NCBI GenBank assembly: GCA_043801595.1
Contig: JAZDLW010000008.1
Location: 1-12,668, forward strand
From: Candidatus Aenigmatarchaeota archaeon
GTDB taxonomy: Archaea > Aenigmatarchaeota > Aenigmatarchaeia > JACPZZ01
Reading direction: 5' to 3'
DNA: 12,668 nt
Made by a program: the position numbers and the translations under genes. Shown one piece after another: positions 5,984 to 12,668 of this stretch. The notes beneath the pieces were generated by a model. The model had not been told where the DNA came from, made no database searches, and was given only the letters and a program-made list of their open reading frames with translations. The stretch's first letter is position 1, and each line of letters starts with the position of its first letter.

Positions 5984-6013
5984 AGTATACTTAGGTATAT
6001 ATAAGTATACCTA
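5984..6013. promoter_or_regulatory. Palindromic operator/promoter of TA module 2
   Basis: GTATAY at 5985, 5995 and 6005 (10-bp period). Inverted repeats GTATACTTA..TAAGTATAC (5985-6010) and TAGGTATA..TATACCTA (5992-6013) surround a TATATA core. Confidence 0.6.
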
Positions 6014-6160
6014 TTTTACGTTTAGAATACAAAACCCAAACCCTCTCTTCTAAGGGGTATTTTCCTCCGATTCATCAAATCTCTTGATTTTTCTGCTAAT
6101 ATAAATCTCCAAGAAAGATCTGATTAATAAATTACGAAAAATATGTATTTCTGAGATACA

Positions 6161-6403
6161 ATGCTGAAAGATGAGCAAAAGGCTGTATTAATCGCATTGG
6201 TAATTGGCGTAATCGCTGGAATCCTGTCGAAATACGCCAGTTCGTCGCTTGGGATTGTTTTAGGCCTGGCGTTTGCGTATGCGCTGAACTCTTCGTATCA
6301 GAGGTTGTTCAAGGACAAGAAAGCCGGCTGGTCAACGGGAAACCTGATCATACCTTATATTTTTGCCTGGGTCATAACGTGGATATTCATTTTCAATGTG
6401 TGA
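6161..6403 (+). CDS. Small 3-TM membrane protein, probably archaeal EMC6-like (DUF5379-like)
   Basis: 80 aa with three hydrophobic segments. GVIAGILS in TM1 and C-terminal W..GN..IPYIFAWVITWIFIFN resemble archaeal EMC6-like proteins as I recall them; not database-verified. Confidence 0.65.
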   Translation: MLKDEQKAVLIALVIGVIAGILSKYASSSLGIVLGLAFAYALNSSYQRLFKDKKAGWSTGNLIIPYIFAWVITWIFIFNV

Positions 6404-6407
6404 TAAC

Positions 6408-7718
6408 ATGGTCAGGGTTTACGTCTCGGATGTCAGACCGTCGCTCGACGGTAATGTTGTAAGCATCTACGGTTGGATAGAGTCTATTCGCGATCTTGGA
6501 AGCTTGAAGTTCGTCGTTCTTCGCGACATGACCGGAACTGTCCAGCTTGTTGTAAAGAAGGGCGTAGTGAGTGAAAGCGTTGCGAATGTTGTTGGCGGGC
6601 TGTCGCGCGAATACGCTGTAAAAGTCCGTGGGACTGTAAAGAAAAATGACAAAGCTCCGGGCGGCCGCGAAATCGTTCCGCAGGAAATAATTGTCGTCGA
6701 AAAATCCGATTCGACTTTTCCTACGGATATGACAGACAAAACCAAATCGCACCTGGATACCCGTCTTGACTGGCGCTCTTTGGATCTTAGAAACGTGAAA
6801 AACGCAGCAGTATTCCGTTTGCAGTCAAAGATAGTTAATGCGATGCATGATTATTTCGACAGCAACGGTTTCGTGCATGTGTTCACGCCTTCAATCATGG
6901 GCAATGCGACAGAAAGCGGTTCCGAAGTTTTTCCTGTGGTTTATTTCAACAAGCAGGCGTTTTTGCGTCAGGATCCGCAGCTTCATCGCCAGCTGACAAT
7001 AGCCGGCGGTCTCGATAAAATATATGAAATAGGTCCGAGTTGGCGCGCGGAATTGAGCCACACGCAAAGGCATCTGTGCGAACACCGTACATGCGCGGCG
7101 GAAATCGCGTTCATCGAAAATGAGTACGATATCATAAAAATGGAAGAGTCGATGATCGTGCACGTTTTTAATAAATTGAAAACCGAAGCTGCCGAAGAGT
7201 TAAAAACGCTCGGCGTCGAGATAAATATCCCGCAAATGCCGTTCCCTATCATCGAATTTCCGGAATTGTACGGAATACTTGAGTCGCTTGGAAAAAAATT
7301 AAAGGCTGGCGAGGACATGGATACCGAGGCTGAAAAACTCTTGTCGCAGTACGTAATGGACAAATACAAATCGGAATTCTATTTTGTAAACAAGTTCCCG
7401 TTTGCGTTAAAGCCATTTTACGTGATGCGCGACGGAGAAACGGAATTCGCGAGAAGCGTGGATCTTTATTACAAGGGCGTCGAAATGTCGTCGGGCGGGC
7501 AGCGAGAAAACCGTTACGATAATTTGATGCAAAATATTGCTGTGAAGAAGCTAGATCCGTCTTCGTTGGAATGGTTCACGAAGTTCTTTAAATTCGCGAT
7601 TCCTCCGCACGGTGGTTTCTCAATAGGGATAGAGAGATTAACAAAACAGATTGCCGGTTTGGAAAACGTCCGTGAAGCTGTTTTGTTCCCGCGCGATCCG
7701 GAAAGGCTCGTTCCGTGA
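6408..7718 (+). CDS. aspS: Aspartyl-tRNA synthetase, archaeal type, probably non-discriminating (Asp/Asn)
   Basis: OB-fold (GWIESIRDLG, LRDMTG.VQ), LDTRLDWRSLDLR, motif 2 WRAE...RHL.E, EMSSGGQRE, motif 3 PPHGGFSIGIERL, FPRDP. ATG at 6408 is preferred over 6396. Confidence 0.95.
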   Translation: MVRVYVSDVRPSLDGNVVSIYGWIESIRDLGSLKFVVLRDMTGTVQLVVKKGVVSESVANVVGGLSREYAVKVRGTVKKNDKAPGGREIVPQEIIVVEKSDSTFPTDMTDKTKSHLDTRLDWRSLDLRNVKNAAVFRLQSKIVNAMHDYFDSNGFVHVFTPSIMGNATESGSEVFPVVYFNKQAFLRQDPQLHRQLTIAGGLDKIYEIGPSWRAELSHTQRHLCEHRTCAAEIAFIENEYDIIKMEESMIVHVFNKLKTEAAEELKTLGVEINIPQMPFPIIEFPELYGILESLGKKLKAGEDMDTEAEKLLSQYVMDKYKSEFYFVNKFPFALKPFYVMRDGETEFARSVDLYYKGVEMSSGGQRENRYDNLMQNIAVKKLDPSSLEWFTKFFKFAIPPHGGFSIGIERLTKQIAGLENVREAVLFPRDPERLVP

Positions 7719-8504
7719 TTATGAGAAATGTTCTACGTAATTTTTGAAGCCTTTCTTGCCGTCAGGTTCGATTTCATCCGCTGCCTTGCCGAATCTTCTT
7801 TTTAGCGCGGAATAATGCGGGTGGTTTGTAATGTCGTTGAATGCCTCAAAGTGCGGCATTGTTACAAACACGTTGCCTTTTGTATTGCATACTCCTGCAA
7901 TGCCGTCAACCGAACCATTGGGATTTTCTGGGAATTTTGTCGCAATATCGCCTTGTTCGTCAACGTACCGTATCGCTATCTGGCCGTTTCTGTGTAGTCT
8001 TTGACGTACTGTATCATTCGCAACAACGAATTTTCCTTCTCCGTGCCGCACAGGCAGATAGATATCCTCCATTCCTCTCGTGAATACGCACTGCGAATCT
8101 TTATTCGCCTTCAGCCGCACCCAACCGTTGTAGAAAAATCCGGAGTCGTTGTATGTGAGCGTTACATCGCGTTTGCCGTTTTCGTTAAGGACGCCCGCCT
8201 TCAAAAGTATCTGGAAGCCGTTGCAAGTTCCGTAAGTCATGGTATCGCGCTCGAAAAATTCCTGCAGCTCGTTCCATACTTTTTTTAGTCGTTGTGACGT
8301 CGCTACGCCTGCGCCAAGGTCATCACCATCAGCAAAACCTCCGCACAACGCGAGTATCTTGTAATCCTTCAGGTTCAAATCATTGTCCAGCAACTCGTAA
8401 AGCGATGCTATTCTCGTATTCGCCCCTGCCACGCGCAGCGAATAATCTATCTCTTTTTCCGTGTTTAGTCCGTTTCCCGTGATGATCAAGCTGTTCGGTC
8501 GCAT
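7719..8504 (-). CDS. purQ: FGAM synthase glutaminase subunit PurQ (long form, 261 aa)
   Basis: GNGLN, GGFADGDDLGAG, GTCNGFQ (catalytic Cys), HGEGKF, NPNGS, MPHFE (His-x-Glu). ATG at 8504 overlaps the purL TGA (TGATG). Confidence 0.93.
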   Translation of the reverse strand: MRPNSLIITGNGLNTEKEIDYSLRVAGANTRIASLYELLDNDLNLKDYKILALCGGFADGDDLGAGVATSQRLKKVWNELQEFFERDTMTYGTCNGFQILLKAGVLNENGKRDVTLTYNDSGFFYNGWVRLKANKDSQCVFTRGMEDIYLPVRHGEGKFVVANDTVRQRLHRNGQIAIRYVDEQGDIATKFPENPNGSVDGIAGVCNTKGNVFVTMPHFEAFNDITNHPHYSALKRRFGKAADEIEPDGKKGFKNYVEHFS

Positions 8505-11500
8505 CAGTTCCACCCGAATGTTTTCTGCCATGAGTCCTTTAGCTTATACACATTGCCTGATAGCGCATCCTTGTTGTTGAATCCGCGTACGCGGAAACTG
8601 TCATCTTTCGCAACATAACCTATTGCCGCATACGACGTTCCGTTCATCGCAGCTTCAAATTCAGTTCTCTTTGTCGGATCGACTGTAACAACGAACCTGC
8701 TCGCCGATTCTGAGAACAGCGCCTTGTATTCTTTGTCAACACCTTTTCTCGGCAGCGCCGAGAGATCAAGTTCCATTCCGTACCCGCCCGCGAACGCGGT
8801 TTCCGCAAGCGCAACAGCCAGCCCGCCCTGCGACACGTCGTGTATTGATGCAGCCAATCCTTTTTTCGTTGCCTCGCTCAATGATTTGTACAATTTTTTC
8901 GCAGTCATCGCGTCGACAACCGGTACGCTGTCGCCGATCGCGTTGTGCATTGCGTAGAATTCGGAACCGCCCATCTCGTCTTTGGTAATGCCGAGAACGT
9001 ATACAATATCGCCCGGCGCTTTGGCTTCCATTGAAACGTAATTCCTAACATCATTCATCTTTGCCATTGCTGACATTGTTAACGTTGGTAACCCTGATAC
9101 GGTTTTCCTTGACCCGTTCTTGTCAGTGTATGTCGTATCTATGGTCATGCTGTCTTTTCCGGAAACACACGGCGCTTCGTACACTGTGCAATAGTCTTTA
9201 AGCGCAATGTTCGCACGCACAAGCTGCGCCATTTTTTGTTTATCCTTTAATGGCGACGGCCAGCAAAAATTATCGTTGAATACGATGCGGTCCATATCGC
9301 CTCCGACAGCAATGACGCCTCTTATCGCTTCGTCAATTGCATTGGCAGCCATGTGGTACGTGTCGATTTGTCCATACAGCGGGTTAATTCCGTGCGATAA
9401 TATTATGCCTTCGCGCGAATCAAGGAACGGCCTTATTACCGCAGCATCTGCCGGGCCGTCGTTTTTCGCTCCTACGAACGGCTTTCCGACGCTGCCGCCT
9501 TGAACCTCGTGGTCGAATTTACGCACAAGTTTCTCCTTGCTTGCAATATTCGGTCTCGCTAATATTCTAGTCAATTCCATAGTAAGGTCGCAGTTATCGC
9601 CTATCAAAGGATCGTCATTATGGATTATCCTGTTCCATTCTGCGTCAAGTTCCATTCTCGGAACGCCTTCGTGCAGGAATTCCATGTCAAGATGTGCGAT
9701 AACCTTGTCGCCGTGTTTTACATGGAATTTTCCGCTGTCAGTGAACTTGCCTACAACAATCGATTCGACCCTGTATTTCTTTGAAAGTTCGATGAATTCT
9801 TCGAGTTTTTCCGGCTTTACGGCAACGCTCATTCTTTCCTGCGATTCCGATATCAAAATTTCCCACGGCTGCATTCCTTGGTATTTCAGCGGAACTTTGT
9901 CGAGGTATATTTCACATCCTCCTGAAAGTTGCGCCATCTCGCCCAGCGACGATGACAAGCCGCCTGCGCCGTTGTCGGTTATCGCCTCGTACAAACCGCG
10001 GTTGCGCGCCTCTATCAGGAAATCGTACGCTCTTTTCTGGACAATGGGGTCGCCTATTTGCACAGCAGACGACGGCGACGCTTCGTGAAGCCCAGCAGAA
10101 GAAAATGTTGCGCCGTGTATGCCGTCTTTTCCAACCCGCCCGCCGACCATTATTGCAAGGTAGCCTGGCTCAACAATCTTTTCATGCGTTGCGCGTCCGT
10201 TTATTTCAGCAGGCATCATTCCTACCGAACCGCAGAACACAAGTGGTTTTCCGAAAAAGCTGTCGTGGAAAAATACCGAGCCGTTTACAGTAGGGATGCC
10301 GGTTTTGTTTCCTGCGTGCTCGATTCCCTTGAAAACGCCTTTTCGTATGCGGTTTGGGTGCAATATTGTAGATGGAATATAACCGTCGTAATTCGGATCG
10401 CCGAAACATAACACATCTGTGGAAGCGATTATTTCCGCCCCCATCCCTGCGCCGATTATGTCGCGGTGGCAGCCGTTTACTCCGGTAATTGCTCCGCCGT
10501 ACGGATCTTTTGCGCTAGGGCTGTTGTGCGTTTCAATCTTAAGCAGCATGTTGTACATGCCATTGAACTTTACGATTCCCGCATTGTCCTTGAAAACAGA
10601 AACGAGAACGTTTTTCCACTTTTCATTTTGCGATATTTCCTCAGTCGAGCCTTTTATGTAGGTTTTGAACAGGCTGTCTATGACAAACGATTCTCCTGTT
10701 TCTTTGTCTGTGTATCTTACCAGTGCATTGAATATTTTGTGTTTGCAATGCTCGCTCCACGTTTGTGCGATCGCCTCCAACTCGACATCAGTTGGTTTGC
10801 TTGACAATTCCAATGATGCCCGCTCCGCGACAAAGTCGGCTCTCCTGTATTCGTTGGAAATTTTATGCATTTCTTCGAGATTCAGTGAGAGCACACGCTT
10901 CTCACTTATTGTCATCAGTTGTTTGTCATCTACATCCAGGTCGATATAATCAACATTGATTTCATTGCTAGTCGTTACCCGTGGCACCTTACGTAGAAGT
11001 TTTTTGCCTCCCCATCCCCGGTAATTGTAAACATTCGCATCCTCGATAAGGGTGTTGGCCATTATTGTGGTCGCGGCTGTTTTCATATCTTTCGTAGTTG
11101 CGCCGGTAACGAAGAATTGTCTTGATGTGTAAGCCCTTTCGTCTTCGCCCAGTTCTCTGTCCAGAATTATGCCTGCGATTTCTTTGGCTGTGCGGCCTTC
11201 CGGATCGGAGACGCCGGGCTTTCTCGATATTTCCACCATCAGGCCCGCGTGCTCCTTTAAACTGATGCGTAACGTGTCCAGTAAACGGTGCATAAAACCA
11301 TTTTTTCCGTGCTCGCCAAGGTCTATTTGTTTGTCAACCAAGGAAAATTCTGTGACAGGATCCGTCAACTCTTCCTGCAGTTTTTTTATCTCTTCTTCGG
11401 AAATCGAAGCATCGAACGTGATCTTGCGCACGCTTCGGACTTTTTTTACATTTATTCCCGCGTCTTTCAGGTCGCGTTCTAGGGATTTGCCAGCTGCGTC

Positions 11501-11560
11501 CAAGAACTCGGGGTTTGTTGCAATCTGCAACGTTCGCGGTCTTTTTCTGGTAGAAACCAT
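8504..11560 (-). CDS. purL: FGAM synthase subunit PurL with fused N-terminal PurS-like region (~1018 aa)
   Basis: QTWSEHCKHKIF, DNAG, KIETHNSPS, DGIHGATFSS, DNGAGGL, SESQERM, DHEVQG, DNFCWP, SGKDS, HDVSQGGL, FSES. N-terminal LTDPVTE and PGVSDPEG segments. ATG at 11560 avoids overlap with the divergent gene. Confidence 0.95.
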   Translation of the reverse strand: MVSTRKRPRTLQIATNPEFLDAAGKSLERDLKDAGINVKKVRSVRKITFDASISEEEIKKLQEELTDPVTEFSLVDKQIDLGEHGKNGFMHRLLDTLRISLKEHAGLMVEISRKPGVSDPEGRTAKEIAGIILDRELGEDERAYTSRQFFVTGATTKDMKTAATTIMANTLIEDANVYNYRGWGGKKLLRKVPRVTTSNEINVDYIDLDVDDKQLMTISEKRVLSLNLEEMHKISNEYRRADFVAERASLELSSKPTDVELEAIAQTWSEHCKHKIFNALVRYTDKETGESFVIDSLFKTYIKGSTEEISQNEKWKNVLVSVFKDNAGIVKFNGMYNMLLKIETHNSPSAKDPYGGAITGVNGCHRDIIGAGMGAEIIASTDVLCFGDPNYDGYIPSTILHPNRIRKGVFKGIEHAGNKTGIPTVNGSVFFHDSFFGKPLVFCGSVGMMPAEINGRATHEKIVEPGYLAIMVGGRVGKDGIHGATFSSAGLHEASPSSAVQIGDPIVQKRAYDFLIEARNRGLYEAITDNGAGGLSSSLGEMAQLSGGCEIYLDKVPLKYQGMQPWEILISESQERMSVAVKPEKLEEFIELSKKYRVESIVVGKFTDSGKFHVKHGDKVIAHLDMEFLHEGVPRMELDAEWNRIIHNDDPLIGDNCDLTMELTRILARPNIASKEKLVRKFDHEVQGGSVGKPFVGAKNDGPADAAVIRPFLDSREGIILSHGINPLYGQIDTYHMAANAIDEAIRGVIAVGGDMDRIVFNDNFCWPSPLKDKQKMAQLVRANIALKDYCTVYEAPCVSGKDSMTIDTTYTDKNGSRKTVSGLPTLTMSAMAKMNDVRNYVSMEAKAPGDIVYVLGITKDEMGGSEFYAMHNAIGDSVPVVDAMTAKKLYKSLSEATKKGLAASIHDVSQGGLAVALAETAFAGGYGMELDLSALPRKGVDKEYKALFSESASRFVVTVDPTKRTEFEAAMNGTSYAAIGYVAKDDSFRVRGFNNKDALSGNVYKLKDSWQKTFGWN

Positions 11561-11611
11561 GGAAGAACACTTAGAATACTCTGGTAAATTATTTAAGCTC
11601 GGATTAATCCG

Positions 11612-12523
11612 GTGCGTATTAAACTTTATCCGCCGAACTATTATGCGATAAGCTTGCCGTTGTTGTTGGATGGGGCTGACTGGATTTACGATCCGGATGC
11701 GCACGATACGCCGATGCGTGTAGCGTGCCTCATGTCAGGAACCGGAACTAATGTGGTAAAAGTAATAGAACACCAGTACAAAACATATCGCGAAACAAGG
11801 CCTGACAGGCTTCCTTATGAAGTCGCAGTGATTTTTACCGATAATAAGAATAGCAGCGCTCGGCGGATCGCGGAAAAATTCGATGTCGCGTATGAATGCG
11901 AAGACATCAATGATTTTTACAGGAACATGGGTCATTCCAACAAACGCGACCTTTCCAAGAGGCCGGTCTATTTCGAACGCGTTGTCAAAAAGCTGGAGCA
12001 GTATAAGCCGGAACTTTACGTGCTCGGCGGCTTTATGAGCGTTGTGACAGAACCCCTGTTGTCAATGTGTCACGGTGTTAACGTCCATCCTGCTGATCTG
12101 GCTATAACTGAGAACAACAGGAGAAAATATACGGGTAGTAATGCGGTGTTGGACCAGATACTTGCCGGAGAAAAAACATTGCGCTCAAGCACGCACATTG
12201 TCAGGGAAAAGTTTGATTGGGGAGAGATTTTAATGGTGTCGGAAGGTGTATCCGTCGATATCGAGCGCGCTGCTGAGGAACTGGAAGCGAGAGGGTCGTT
12301 GAACGTCAGTTTCAATGCGATCACACTCGATTATCTCAGAAAACCGCAGCATCGCGAAACTGCGAAAAAAATAGCGGCCCGTCACCGTGACTGGTTGAAA
12401 ATAGACGGTGATTGGATTGTACTTCCCGAAACAGTTGATCGCATATCGCGCGGAATGGTGATCCTCGGAGAAAAAGGCGCGTACTTTAACTGCGTTCCGA
12501 TGCCGAACGGTTACAGGCTTTGA
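11612..12523 (+). CDS. purN: Formyltransferase, PurN-like (GAR transformylase); start codon uncertain
   Basis: MRVACLMSGTGTN phosphate loop, LGGFM, NVHPADL (catalytic Asn/His), STHIV...FDWG (catalytic Asp); lies inside a pur cluster. The true start may be a downstream TTG (~11654-11666). Confidence 0.8.
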   Translation: MRIKLYPPNYYAISLPLLLDGADWIYDPDAHDTPMRVACLMSGTGTNVVKVIEHQYKTYRETRPDRLPYEVAVIFTDNKNSSARRIAEKFDVAYECEDINDFYRNMGHSNKRDLSKRPVYFERVVKKLEQYKPELYVLGGFMSVVTEPLLSMCHGVNVHPADLAITENNRRKYTGSNAVLDQILAGEKTLRSSTHIVREKFDWGEILMVSEGVSVDIERAAEELEARGSLNVSFNAITLDYLRKPQHRETAKKIAARHRDWLKIDGDWIVLPETVDRISRGMVILGEKGAYFNCVPMPNGYRL

Positions 12524-12532
12524 ATTAAAGCA

Positions 12533-12540
12533 TTTATAAT
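12533..12540 (+). promoter_or_regulatory. TATA box upstream of purB
   Basis: TTTATAAT ends 28 nt before the ATG at 12569, consistent with a near-leaderless transcript. Confidence 0.55.
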
Positions 12541-12568
12541 TAAGAGTCGTCGTTAATTCAGTGATCTG

Positions 12569-12668
12569 ATGGCGGTGTACGCTCAAGATTTTTCGCAGAC
12601 GCTTACGCCGCTCACTGCGATTTCTCCAGTTGACGGGCGTTATTGGAACCGTGACAGCAGGCTCGCTA
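12569..12668 (+). CDS. purB: Adenylosuccinate lyase, N-terminal fragment (runs off the window)
   Basis: Hand translation MAVYAQDFSQTLTPLTAISPVDGRYWNRDSRLA. LTAISPVDGRY matches the N-terminal signature of E. coli-type PurB. Confidence 0.85.
   Translation, partial: MAVYAQDFSQTLTPLTAISPVDGRYWNRDSRLA

Noticed and set aside
9207..11651. Several long plus-strand ORFs (e.g. 9537-10088, 11169-11651)
   Set aside because: Antisense shadows of purL with no motifs; the same applies to 3326-3790 and 6983-7369.
11561..11704. 48-aa N-terminal extension of PurL in the ORF track
   Set aside because: It overlaps the divergent purN-like gene and its promoter region; the ATG at 11560 is more plausible.

Overview
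Archaeal chromosomal window. DPANN affiliation (Aenigmarchaeota-like) is my inference from the class III pilin style, LamG surface proteins and a multi-intron tRNA. From left to right: a 5'-partial secreted LamG protein coupled to a small wHTH gene; a ~420 bp hairpin-rich non-coding gap; a type IV pilin-like gene with an inserted LamG domain; an initiator tRNA-Met(CAU) split by two introns; rnhB; DGGGP synthase; a RelE/DUF2683-like TA pair; GGGP synthase; a second RelE TA pair; an EMC6-like membrane protein; aspS; and a purine cluster (purQ, PurS-fused purL, purN-like, start of purB). The most striking feature is the tRNA-iMet. It has a 30-nt intron at the unusual position 10/11, whose splice motif can only form by refolding the acceptor stem. 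The upstream leader is complementary to the D-arm over 13 bp and could hold this splicing fold. A second, 144-nt multi-hairpin intron sits at 37/38, and one of its hairpins recurs almost exactly in the nearby non-coding gap. Active-site deviations in AspRS and GGGPS also merit checking.
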